Virus record (IMG/VR): IMGVR_UViG_3300047409_000125
Location: 1-51,484 of that record
Source of the DNA: a virus
Taxonomy: Duplodnaviria; Caudoviricetes
DNA: 51,484 nt
Reading direction: 5' to 3' (one strand)
Below the pieces are notes generated by a model. It searched no databases, was not told where the DNA came from, and saw only the letters and a program-made list of their open reading frames with translations. This document shows, piece by piece, positions 35,963 to 45,004 of the stretch (positions are counted from its first letter, which is position 1; the number at the start of each line of letters is the position of its first letter). A program made the position numbers and the translations under genes.

Positions 35963-37861
35963 ATGCTGTTTGTTGACCTTGAAACCCGGTCCAGATGCAA
36001 TCTCCTGACCGCTGGAGCTAGGAGGTACGCGGCTGACCCTTCCACTCAGATCACCACCGCTTGCTGGCATTTTCAAGGTACCATGAAAACTGCCAGCACT
36101 GTCTTTCCGCAGCTTGGTACCCACCCTATCAGCCAGCTGTACGCTGACCTCTTTGCCTGCGACCGGGTGGTAGCCCACCATGCCGCCTTCGACATCAACG
36201 TCCTGAAAGGTCAGAACCCCTTCCTCGATATCCCGGTCAGCAAAGTCTCCTGCACCATGGCGCGAGCGCAATGCCTGTCACTGCCGGGTGGGCTGGACGA
36301 ACTGTGCTCCACGCTTAACTTTCCCGGCAAAGACCCCCGTGGCCGCAAGCTGGTGCTGCGAACGTGCAAGCCGTTCGACGGCAAGTTTCATGAAAATATA
36401 AACGAGTACCGTGAACTGATAATTTACAACGTGCAGGACGTTCACTGCCTCATGAACGTTCACAGTCTGCTGCCGGAATTGAACGCCGAAGAACGCATCA
36501 TATTCGAACGGTCGTGGCGCAAGAACGATATCGGGTTGCCGATTGATCTTGAACTGGCGACGGCTATCGCCTTGCGCCGGGAGACAATCGAGAACGAATG
36601 CGCTGCGCAGTTGCGTGAAGTCACTGGCAATGTCGTAACCAAGATCACGCAACGCGCTCGCATCCTGACATGGGCCAATGAGTTTCCGCGTTCAGCCAAC
36701 ATACCCGGCACCAAGAAACATGAAGTCGCAGAGGCTTTGGAGAGCGAAGAATTACATCCTGATGTCCGCGCCGTGCTGGAGGTGATCCAAGAGAACGGCG
36801 GCAGCGCGCCCATGAAGGCGCAGGCATTGCTCGACCGGAACGTCAAGGGTTTCTACAAGGATGCTACGCGCTATCACGGTGCCCGCTCCGGTCGCGGCAC
36901 CAGCGAAGGTGCCAACTTGTTTAACATCGCGCGACCGTCTGGCAAGCATGACATTGTGGCGCTGATCAGTGGTCTGAAGGCAGGGTTCTCAAACTATGAC
37001 AACACGGCGCTCACGGATGCCTTACGCGGCTGCATTGTTGCGCCAAGGGGATACGCAATTATTGATAACGACTTGTCCAATGCAGAATTGCGACTGGCAC
37101 TATGGCAGTGCGATGATCGTGACCGCCTCAATATTCTCAAAACTGGTGGCGACCTTTACATGCACAACGCAATCACTATGTGGGGCTTGTCCAACAAGGC
37201 CACCAAAGAAACGCATCCTAAAGAACGTTACAACGGAAAGACCATCACGCTAGGCGCGAACTACCAGCTGGGATGGAAAACATACAAGGCGCACATGCGC
37301 CGCATCAGTGCCAGCATCAGTGACATCAAGGCGCAATCCGACATCGCTGACTACCGAAAGTCCAACCCGAAGCTTGTTCAGCTGTGGAATAGATTGAAAG
37401 ATGCATTCTATAACTGCTATTACGATCCACCGGGCCGGGTCTACTACGCCGGAAAGATAGCGTTGATGAAGGATGGCACCACCATCTGGATGACCCTCCC
37501 CAGCGGCAGAAGTATTCCGCATTACTCAGTGTTCGTTGGACCGGACGGCAACATGGGTTTCTTCCGTGCCAAGTTCGGCGCGATGCTGCCGCAGAAAGTA
37601 TTCGGCGGCAGCCTTCTGGAAATCAGCTGTCAGTCCATGACCCGCGATATCATTACCGCTTGCGAAAGCGATATCGAGCGGGAGCTACCTGATATTACGC
37701 TATTGCTTGATGTCTATGATAGCGTTATAGCTATCGCACCTGTAGAAATCGCGAAGCAACGCGAAGAACAAATGCGGGCTATCATGCGACGGCCCCGGTC
37801 TTGGACCGAAGAATTACCGTTGGATGCAGAAGGTTACAGCGCTGAGAGAATGAGGAAGTAG
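35963..37861 (+). CDS. polA: Family A DNA polymerase with a 3'-5' exonuclease domain
   Basis: DLETRS exo I, DLSNAELR motif A, RYNGKTITLGANY motif B, DVYDS motif C. Confidence 0.9.
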   Translation: MLFVDLETRSRCNLLTAGARRYAADPSTQITTACWHFQGTMKTASTVFPQLGTHPISQLYADLFACDRVVAHHAAFDINVLKGQNPFLDIPVSKVSCTMARAQCLSLPGGLDELCSTLNFPGKDPRGRKLVLRTCKPFDGKFHENINEYRELIIYNVQDVHCLMNVHSLLPELNAEERIIFERSWRKNDIGLPIDLELATAIALRRETIENECAAQLREVTGNVVTKITQRARILTWANEFPRSANIPGTKKHEVAEALESEELHPDVRAVLEVIQENGGSAPMKAQALLDRNVKGFYKDATRYHGARSGRGTSEGANLFNIARPSGKHDIVALISGLKAGFSNYDNTALTDALRGCIVAPRGYAIIDNDLSNAELRLALWQCDDRDRLNILKTGGDLYMHNAITMWGLSNKATKETHPKERYNGKTITLGANYQLGWKTYKAHMRRISASISDIKAQSDIADYRKSNPKLVQLWNRLKDAFYNCYYDPPGRVYYAGKIALMKDGTTIWMTLPSGRSIPHYSVFVGPDGNMGFFRAKFGAMLPQKVFGGSLLEISCQSMTRDIITACESDIERELPDITLLLDVYDSVIAIAPVEIAKQREEQMRAIMRRPRSWTEELPLDAEGYSAERMRK

Positions 37862-37864
37862 TAG

Positions 37865-38092
37865 ATGGAAACCGAAATGACCACCGCCACCACCCCTGCC
37901 AAGTCGATCAGGAGAAGGAAGAAGGAAGTGAAGCGTCCCAACGGTCGCCCACTCCAGTATCCTGACAAGACCATTGTGCGGATGCCCAAGGGTTTTCTGG
38001 CGCGGATCAACAGGGCACTCAGGAAAGAGGAATATCAGGGCGATTTCATGCGCTCCGCAGTCGAGAAAGAACTGCGCGTGCGGCGCAAGTAG
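37865..38092 (+). CDS. Ribbon-helix-helix (Arc/CopG-like) regulator
   Basis: KTIVRMPKGFLARIN...FMRSAVEKEL. Confidence 0.65.
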   Translation: METEMTTATTPAKSIRRRKKEVKRPNGRPLQYPDKTIVRMPKGFLARINRALRKEEYQGDFMRSAVEKELRVRRK

Positions 38093-38848
38093 CTACCCAA
38101 ACAGGGTCTTGACGAATGGCAGGTTGGTGATGCCCGTAAAGATGCTGCCTAGCGCAGACCCAAACCCGGCGGACTGCGCTTGTGCAGCCGTCGCTTGAGT
38201 GGAAGCAAGGCTGCCTAGAGCGCGGGCACCTTGTGCAAGGGTGCCTGCTTCGGCTGTAGCGGCTTGCAGGCCCATGGCTTCCTGACCGTACAGGTTCTGG
38301 TAGGAAGTTTCGCGTTGTGCAAAATCCTGCTGCTGCCCTTGCTGGTACTCGTCAAATCCCTGTTTTTGACCAGCTGCCATAGCTTTGTAGTGGTCCATCA
38401 AATCCTGATTGGAGATGCCTTCGGCAATGCCAGTCTGTGCGCGAAGGTTTGCACCAGTCAGCATACCACCTTTGGCTGACGCAGAACTATCCTGTGCTTG
38501 CTGCGCAGAGTTCATCAGATACTTTGCACCTTCACTTTGGTTGTACGTGCTTGCAAAGTTTTCAAAGTTAACCGGATCAGGATTACTGAATGTATTTGGA
38601 TTGTAAGCATTTGGAGAATTAATGCGTGTGTTTCCAATATTGGATGAAGCTGTGCTGTCACCCAGCAAATTCTGAGCAACAGGACCAAGATACGACGCTC
38701 CAACTTCATTGTACGGGGCCAGCTGTATCGCACCAAGCTGTGTCATCTGATTGACGCTGTTTACGCCGCCTTGAATGGCGTCGTTGACATTGGATGAACC
38801 AAACAGATTGCCAATAAGACTGCCGACACCACCAGCTAAATCTGCCAT
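38093..38848 (-). CDS. DNA transfer/pilot protein (P22 gp7-like)
   Basis: GGVGSLIG N-terminus, LAPY, SASAKGGMLTGA, Gly/Ala-rich C-terminus. Confidence 0.7.
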   Translation of the reverse strand: MADLAGGVGSLIGNLFGSSNVNDAIQGGVNSVNQMTQLGAIQLAPYNEVGASYLGPVAQNLLGDSTASSNIGNTRINSPNAYNPNTFSNPDPVNFENFASTYNQSEGAKYLMNSAQQAQDSSASAKGGMLTGANLRAQTGIAEGISNQDLMDHYKAMAAGQKQGFDEYQQGQQQDFAQRETSYQNLYGQEAMGLQAATAEAGTLAQGARALGSLASTQATAAQAQSAGFGSALGSIFTGITNLPFVKTLFG

Positions 38849-38853
38849 GACGT

Positions 38854-38882
38854 TTGACTTCCTGATTTGTATACACTATCTT
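38854..38882 (+). promoter_or_regulatory. Sigma70 promoter with a TTTGTATACACT box (copy 2, 38866-38877) in its spacer
   Basis: TTGACT-17-TATCTT. Confidence 0.6.
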
Positions 38883-39026
38883 AACCTGAATATATCAGAG
38901 GGAGGCCACTGTGTGGAGGGCCTTGTTCATAGCTTTGCCACTCTGTGGCTGCGTTCAACGCGAGGTTATCGTATCGCCGCGTTTCTATGATCAGAGCGAA
39001 ATCGACGCAATAAACTCCGAAGCCGA

Positions 39027-39287
39027 ATGCAAAAGACTGGCGAGGAACCTCGTTCAAATAGCACGGTGCAGTACAAGACGATGACAAAACCAAGAATTAA
39101 AGGTAACCAGACTGTTGTAATCCACGGCAGAATAAGCACTGCCATGGCTGCAAGGTTTGACTGGTTGATAAGGAACCACGATGCAGTTGAAGACAGGGCA
39201 GGTGGCGTCAAGGAAGCCGTCGAAGCGTGGATCAAAACCCGTGAGCGCGAAGCCCTCTCCCAAGGTCTCTTCCCGCCCAATTTCTGA
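39027..39287 (+). CDS. Second RHH-like regulator (start may be 39081)
   Basis: TVVIHGRISTAMAARFD...VKEAVEAWI. Confidence 0.55.
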   Translation: MQKTGEEPRSNSTVQYKTMTKPRIKGNQTVVIHGRISTAMAARFDWLIRNHDAVEDRAGGVKEAVEAWIKTREREALSQGLFPPNF

Positions 39288-39618
39288 AAAAGAAATCCAT
39301 ATGCATGCGTGGCAGTGGGTCAAGGAAACTCACCCTGACCTGTTGATCTTTCACGTTCCGAATGGTGAGGCACGCGACATCACCGTTGCTAACAAGCTGA
39401 AACGCATGGGAGTGATGCCGGGCGTTGCTGACTTCCTGATGTTTGCAAAGGGTGCCAATGTTGCCATCGAATTGAAAGACAAAGGTGGCAAACCATCAGA
39501 CGCGCAAAAGCTTTTCAAGGAGAAGTGGGAAGCTTGTGGTAACCACTACTGGCTGGCACGGTCGCTGACAGATTTTCAAAACATAGTTGCTACGTATCAC
39601 TGGCCGTGGGTCAAATGA
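39241..39618 (+). CDS. VRR-NUC nuclease
   Basis: FHVPNG...LKRMGVMPGVAD...IELK...Q; start uncertain. Confidence 0.85.
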   Translation: MSAKPSPKVSSRPISEKEIHMHAWQWVKETHPDLLIFHVPNGEARDITVANKLKRMGVMPGVADFLMFAKGANVAIELKDKGGKPSDAQKLFKEKWEACGNHYWLARSLTDFQNIVATYHWPWVK

Positions 39619-39661
39619 TTTTAAAATGTGCATGCGGAAAAACGTTAACAGAGAGTGACGT

Positions 39662-39865
39662 ATGTCCGATCCCGAGTGGGCGAAAATGCAACTACCCCGC
39701 AGATATCACACCGGTCAGATCGTTTTTTCGAACACCTCTCGCGGCAGAGTTCACTCCGTGGCTGACAACACCTTCAGTGTCATCTGGGACGGTGGAGACG
39801 GCTATGCCGTGGTCTACCCCACCGAAATTTCCATGGTGAGACCGGCCTACCCGTGGGAAGCCTAG
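39662..39865 (+). CDS. Small hypothetical protein
   Basis: 67 aa, SH3-like beta pattern. Confidence 0.45.
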   Translation: MSDPEWAKMQLPRRYHTGQIVFSNTSRGRVHSVADNTFSVIWDGGDGYAVVYPTEISMVRPAYPWEA

Positions 39866-40326
39866 ACGATCTGTACCCATGCCCCGGCCACCTTGACACT
39901 GATGTGCTTGGCTGACGTGTCGGCATACCAGTCCCCGTTGGCACCAAGACCGGCAGCAGGCGCAGTAGTCCCGTTCAAGACTTGCGACCGTACAGCCAGT
40001 GCGGATATCTGACCGGTATGGGTTGATATAGCTGACGTGTTCGCTGCGATATCTGATGTGTTTGTCGCGATGTTATTCGTATTCGATGTGATGCCTGCCC
40101 TGTTTGTTGCAATGTTGGCTGTGTTTGTTGCGATATCATCTGTGTTCGCTGCGATGTTGTCTGTGTTCATTGCAACATCCGCAACCAGAGTATCCCAACC
40201 CGGTATCTGGCTGGTATCAATTCCGTTCGAACCTATGAAAGCCGATATGTCGTGAAGCCACCGATTGAAGATTGGATCGTTGACGGCAATCGGTGGCGGT
40301 GGTGGCATCCTTTTGAGCGTTGGCAT
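39862..40326 (-). CDS. Tail needle-like protein (P22 gp26-like coiled coil)
   Basis: N..I heptads NTDNIAANTDDIATNTANIAT...; follows the gp10-like gene. Confidence 0.65.
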   Translation of the reverse strand: MPTLKRMPPPPPIAVNDPIFNRWLHDISAFIGSNGIDTSQIPGWDTLVADVAMNTDNIAANTDDIATNTANIATNRAGITSNTNNIATNTSDIAANTSAISTHTGQISALAVRSQVLNGTTAPAAGLGANGDWYADTSAKHISVKVAGAWVQIV

Positions 40327-41796
40327 TTACATTCCTTCGCTCACCAGCACGAAAAATTCATCGATTTCAAACGGTGCTTTTGATCCGCCATAGAATAATC
40401 TGAACTGTCTGCGGCGCGTAGTACCCAAGGCTCTGGCGATAGCACGTCGCGTACCGGGTTCGGGCCATGTAATTTGCCGCTTGCCTCTCCAGCTGTTCTT
40501 GCGATCTTCTGACCACTCCAGCGTAAACTCACCTGCGTCCGGTCCCATGTAACTGGTGATGTCAATCCGGTCAGTAACATGCCGCTGTTCGTGCGTACCA
40601 ACCCACATCGTTATAATTTCACGCTGTAGCTGCCCCGCTGGTTCGCTGGCAGTTGTCAGGTCCACGTTGCAAATCTCACCTGTAACCAGACCAACGTGAG
40701 TGTCGCCGCCGATGTGTTCCACGGCACACCGGCCTACATGGTCCAAGCGGTCTGTTGATTGCCGGTATATCCAAGTCATGGTTGATAATGCTAGTTCAAC
40801 TGACCACTCGTTTTCAGAAGTCAGTACGTAAAATTCATCCCCGCCTTGCGCGTACATGTACGCTGTCAAATTCTGAAGATCAATTTGTTGCAACAGCAAA
40901 TCTATCCAGCTTGGTGACACTGGTTGACCGGTCTGGCCCTTACCCATCCATATGCGGCGGTCTGTCCCTACCCACAACACCGTACCGTGCAGATTAGCCA
41001 GTGTGCGGCGTGCCGCCATCCCGACTTCAAGCAATGAGTTCGTGAAATTGACAAACTTGAAATCGATCTGGCCGCCCGGATTGTACCACATCTCTACCGT
41101 TCGGCTGCCGAAAGGCCAGAACATCCGTCCAAGCGTTACCACGTCATATACCAAATCCGCTCTGGCTTCAGCCGTGGCAAATGCATTGGCGTCAATGACA
41201 GCCGGTGCCAACGCTTCGGACGAGTACATCTTGTCGGATTGGTTGGCGTAGAGATTGGACGCTCCGGCCCACACTGTGAAACCATCCAGCACGCATACCG
41301 AAGAAGGATCAAAGTTTATGGAATTTCCAAAATCGGCAGGAGTTACGCCAGCAGAGTACGCAGGGATGGGAGGGGGACCGGGTATGGCAGCAGTGGCTGT
41401 AATTCTTGCCGTGTAGCCACTACCGCCCAGACCGTTGGTCTGTGGAGTATTCGTGGCGATAACCAGACAAGTGCGGTCTTCTGCCAACCGAATGATTGGC
41501 GGGTCACCTACAGCCACAGTACCGGCGAATACAGGATTTGGAGTATCCACATCGTAGTAGATACTGCCATCTGCATGGGCGGACCACACCGCACCAACTG
41601 CATTACACAGTGCAAGGCAGGGAGATGTTGTTGGATGGCTAAGAACTGTCAGGCCGGGAGAACCAACCAGACGGGTTAACGCCAACTTTCCTTCTTCCTG
41701 CTTGCGCGCAATAACCCGGCAGTTCAACAGTCTTGCTTCGCCCTGATCCTGATCGAGCGGGTCTGCAAAAGAACCGAATATATTGAGTGCTGGCAT
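40327..41796 (-). CDS. Tail hub/packaged DNA stabilisation protein (P22 gp10-like)
   Basis: SPGL..., LDGF, FATAEARAD, FGSRTVEMW, WSED..W, RALG..RRR. Confidence 0.8.
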   Translation of the reverse strand: MPALNIFGSFADPLDQDQGEARLLNCRVIARKQEEGKLALTRLVGSPGLTVLSHPTTSPCLALCNAVGAVWSAHADGSIYYDVDTPNPVFAGTVAVGDPPIIRLAEDRTCLVIATNTPQTNGLGGSGYTARITATAAIPGPPPIPAYSAGVTPADFGNSINFDPSSVCVLDGFTVWAGASNLYANQSDKMYSSEALAPAVIDANAFATAEARADLVYDVVTLGRMFWPFGSRTVEMWYNPGGQIDFKFVNFTNSLLEVGMAARRTLANLHGTVLWVGTDRRIWMGKGQTGQPVSPSWIDLLLQQIDLQNLTAYMYAQGGDEFYVLTSENEWSVELALSTMTWIYRQSTDRLDHVGRCAVEHIGGDTHVGLVTGEICNVDLTTASEPAGQLQREIITMWVGTHEQRHVTDRIDITSYMGPDAGEFTLEWSEDRKNSWRGKRQITWPEPGTRRAIARALGTTRRRQFRLFYGGSKAPFEIDEFFVLVSEGM

Positions 41797-41797
41797 T

Positions 41798-42478
41798 TCA
41801 ACTTCTCACGAACCTGAGCCATTGTTGGCCTTTCGACCAGTCGCGCCAGCGACGGTCAACAGCTTCGCTGTCAGCCAGCACCGCAGCAATCGCCTGTGGG
41901 TTACGTCCGTAACTGCCGTGGATGCGCCTGCCCAACATCAGCGTTACGTCATGAATGCCTTCAGGCGGTAACCCTACCTCGTCGCTTCCATCCGCTTCGG
42001 TCAAAGCATTTATGCGACCGCCATATTCGATCAGGCATCGTGTTGACTGACGCGGTGGTTGCCACGCAGTCACCAGAACAGAACCGTCGATCTGCCGTTC
42101 CTGATGCCACTTGGTAATGATGCCGGGGTACGTGGTACGGACGCAATCGGCAATCGGTGCCTGTCGCGTTTCGCGATTGACGGTGGGGCTGATGTCGTTG
42201 CACCAGATGGACCTGATCGCTACCGCGTCGATCTGTACGTAATCAGGTTTTGCGATGCCAAACCCAATCTCGTAAACATTGCCTTGGGTACCGGACGGTA
42301 ATGTGGTGATCGCACGGCGCATCAGATATTGCGCGGCCCCATCGACATGCTCACTGCGAAGCAGATCGTTCAGCACTATCGTATTGTTGGCAATATCGAC
42401 AGGCGACGGCTGTTCTGTCTGGTCAATGATACCGTACAGCTTCAAGGCGTTTTCTATGACGGCGGCGGCAGTTGTCAT
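41798..42478 (-). CDS. Head-to-tail adaptor (P22 gp4-like)
   Basis: MTTAAAVIENALKLYGI...LNDLL; position before gp10. Confidence 0.7.
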   Translation of the reverse strand: MTTAAAVIENALKLYGIIDQTEQPSPVDIANNTIVLNDLLRSEHVDGAAQYLMRRAITTLPSGTQGNVYEIGFGIAKPDYVQIDAVAIRSIWCNDISPTVNRETRQAPIADCVRTTYPGIITKWHQERQIDGSVLVTAWQPPRQSTRCLIEYGGRINALTEADGSDEVGLPPEGIHDVTLMLGRRIHGSYGRNPQAIAAVLADSEAVDRRWRDWSKGQQWLRFVRS

Positions 42479-42552
42479 GATACCCCCACGGCGGTCATGT
42501 AGGCTGAGGTCAGCGTGTAGGTGGAGGCGGTTGCGCCGGGGATGTCGGTCAT
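42475..42552 (-). CDS. 25-aa mini-ORF, Ig-domain remnant (MTDIPGATASTYTLTSA...)
   Basis: ATGA overlaps at both ends. Confidence 0.4.
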   Translation of the reverse strand: MTDIPGATASTYTLTSAYMTAVGVS

Positions 42553-43403
42553 GCCCCACACCAACTTTTGAAACTTGCTATGATGGTCGCACGGTCGATT
42601 GCATTCGGCACGGTAGTCCACGTAGCAACCTCGAAAATCTTGCCGGTAAAGGTAACAGCACCATCGCCGCCAAGATAGAAACCCGTACTCGGAACTGCGG
42701 TATTGGTGCCTGCCGCAATCGAAGTCTCTGCACCGCCATCCATGCTGAAGTAGAGCACCCCACTATCGTGCCGCCACACAAATACATGCGGAACGCCCAG
42801 AGTGACTACGGCAGAGTTTGGCGTAACCCTTGCGGCGGTATCCCAATTATAAGAATAACCAACGCCACCAGATATATTCTTCAGATACATACCCGTGTTC
42901 TGAAAGCCGTCATCATTCCATAGCGGATCACCTCCCCATGGGTTTCCGGCGGTGTTGACAATAGCGGTAGGCAACGCACTGATAACAACAAAACCAGAAC
43001 TGCCGGATATGAACGACGAGAGGAGATTACCAATAGTTTGCAGATAATTTCCTGCTCCATTCCATGTTGCACACGCACGACTGTTGGGGCCAGCCGTTGT
43101 CGCGGTTGGGCTATGGCTCGAATTACCTCCATCAAACAGATTGTGCCCACCGCCGGATTGATCGTTGAGAGTATTAACAGCGCTCGCAGTGGCGGAGTAA
43201 AAACCACCCGCATATGCAGTAAGCAGCTTTCGAGAAAACGACCACGCACCAGTTGGAGAAAATCCGTCCAGAGGCGTAGTCCCGCCGCCGCCAGATACAA
43301 GAACGTTCGTTGCGTCTCCTGAAACAAATCTAGACTGCCCCAACTGGGCAGCCGCAGCCATTTTCGAATTTGGAAATTTTGTGATGTCCCCAATGCCAGC
43401 CAT
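42549..43403 (-). CDS. Virion protein with a LamG/ConA-like C-terminal domain
   Basis: GAWSFSRKL, LNDQSGGGHNL, FTGKIFEV; N-terminus shared with 8976..9362. Confidence 0.7.
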   Translation of the reverse strand: MAGIGDITKFPNSKMAAAAQLGQSRFVSGDATNVLVSGGGGTTPLDGFSPTGAWSFSRKLLTAYAGGFYSATASAVNTLNDQSGGGHNLFDGGNSSHSPTATTAGPNSRACATWNGAGNYLQTIGNLLSSFISGSSGFVVISALPTAIVNTAGNPWGGDPLWNDDGFQNTGMYLKNISGGVGYSYNWDTAARVTPNSAVVTLGVPHVFVWRHDSGVLYFSMDGGAETSIAAGTNTAVPSTGFYLGGDGAVTFTGKIFEVATWTTVPNAIDRATIIASFKSWCGA

Positions 43404-43957
43404 TATCCCAAACCTTTAACGACCGTCCATGGAGGAAACCACGGATTAACTAGCTTCACTTCTTCAAGTTGCTCGTTTGCATCCGGTGGGTCAACTGTGC
43501 GTACTGAATTAGACGGAACAAATGTGCCGTCATAGGTCTGCGGATCGACATACTGTAGCGTAGCACGATCTTGGTTCTGGTCGAGGCTGGTTTTGTAGTT
43601 GGTGAAATCAGCGGTGCCGCGATTATTTGTAGCGGGCTTCAGGAGGGCGTTCAAACGCACTGCATCGCTTGGAGCGAGCGTGTACATCGTATTGACCGAC
43701 CAGATGTCATCAAGCCCCCAGCGGGCCGGTAGCGGCTCTGGAGGGGCTTCTATCGAGCGATCCGGATGGACTTGGAAGTCGAAGACTGCTGGCCATGGAT
43801 CGAGGCACGGTTTGACCGGTCTGCCGCTTGAAGACGTGCAGACGAGTAGACCGGTCAGCCGCTCACGCGCGAGCGTGTTATAGGCTACCCGCGCGCCGCA
43901 ACGGCTACAGGCACCCCAAGTCTCGAAACGTTCGAACCGTGGCTTGCTCGCATGCAA
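43403..43957 (-). CDS. Conserved Cys-containing virion-module protein
   Basis: CSRCG...GLLVC...CLDP right after the capsid gene. Confidence 0.65.
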   Translation of the reverse strand: MHASKPRFERFETWGACSRCGARVAYNTLARERLTGLLVCTSSSGRPVKPCLDPWPAVFDFQVHPDRSIEAPPEPLPARWGLDDIWSVNTMYTLAPSDAVRLNALLKPATNNRGTADFTNYKTSLDQNQDRATLQYVDPQTYDGTFVPSNSVRTVDPPDANEQLEEVKLVNPWFPPWTVVKGLG

Positions 43958-44884
43958 TCAGGTTGCTCCGGGGGACATATAGACAGAACGCCAATCGATG
44001 ATCGACGCCGAACAGCGGAACCAGATCGCGATCAGTGAAGCCTGATTGGACCAGTTGCTGTCTTCGCGCGTTTCAAGACCGGAGCGTTCCCAGAACGTAA
44101 AGCCTTCGCCATTGTCCATGTCTTGGATGCTGGTCTGGATGAAGTAGTCATCCTTCGAAACAAGGTACGGCGTTTCGATCACTTCCGGCAAGGCACCGGT
44201 CGCCCGCAGAACGTTGATGTTGTTCGTTTGCGCATTCCATTGCAAAGGCGAGCCAAGGATGCGGCGGGTTTCCGGCCCACTCTCCGGAGAAAGAATGACG
44301 CGCTTCGGAAGCGTATTGATCAGGAAGCCCCTGCCGTTGCGGGTGTAGCCAATCTGGATCACGGCGTTTTCAAAGGCCAGTTCGCTGACATTAGCAGAAA
44401 CCAGAAGATTAGACTGCAAGCCAGCAGCAGTTGGATGAGAAGCAGAAGCGAGTGGTACACCATCCGCGCGAATACCGTTAACAGCATCGATGGCAACCTG
44501 AAGCGGCGCATGTGCAATGTACTCTTCGGTCTGACGAGCGGAGTAAGCCAACTCTTTCATCATTCGCGAGGCGACATCTTCGTAGAGGTTGTCGTCCTTG
44601 GCTTCCCGCGATATCGCTACCCCCAAGCCGTAGCTGGCGTGAGTGACCTGAGTGCGATAGCCTTCGTTTGGAAAGTCAAACTGCACCGGTTCAAGTTCGG
44701 GCTGCTGAACTGCGAGGCCAAGACCGGCCCTCTCCGTCATAAATTCTTCGAACGCTTTCTCCGAACTTTTTTCATCGAAGAAGCTGGTGTAGATAGGCGC
44801 AAGCCTCTCGTAGTCCATGCCAAACAAGGCATGAAGGCCGGGCCAATACTGCGAGGGCTGAAGCGATCTATCGATGACTTGCAT
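43958..44884 (-). CDS. Major capsid protein
   Basis: PGLHALFGMDY, SEKAFEE, YGLGVAISREAKDDNLY, DGVPLASASHP; GGAG RBS before MQVID. Confidence 0.85.
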   Translation of the reverse strand: MQVIDRSLQPSQYWPGLHALFGMDYERLAPIYTSFFDEKSSEKAFEEFMTERAGLGLAVQQPELEPVQFDFPNEGYRTQVTHASYGLGVAISREAKDDNLYEDVASRMMKELAYSARQTEEYIAHAPLQVAIDAVNGIRADGVPLASASHPTAAGLQSNLLVSANVSELAFENAVIQIGYTRNGRGFLINTLPKRVILSPESGPETRRILGSPLQWNAQTNNINVLRATGALPEVIETPYLVSKDDYFIQTSIQDMDNGEGFTFWERSGLETREDSNWSNQASLIAIWFRCSASIIDWRSVYMSPGAT

Positions 44885-44973
44885 TTGGGCGTTCTCCGGA
44901 GGGTTAGCCCAAATGGGCTGTGTGCAAGGTACCACTACCATATTTAGTGGGTTCCTGTAAAATAATACTTGAC

Positions 44974-44985
44974 TTTGTATACACT
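44974..44985 (+). promoter_or_regulatory. TTTGTATACACT box, copy 3
   Basis: Between the divergent capsid and portal genes. Confidence 0.55.
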
Positions 44986-45004
44986 CTGTCATGAGGGTTG
45001 CCCG

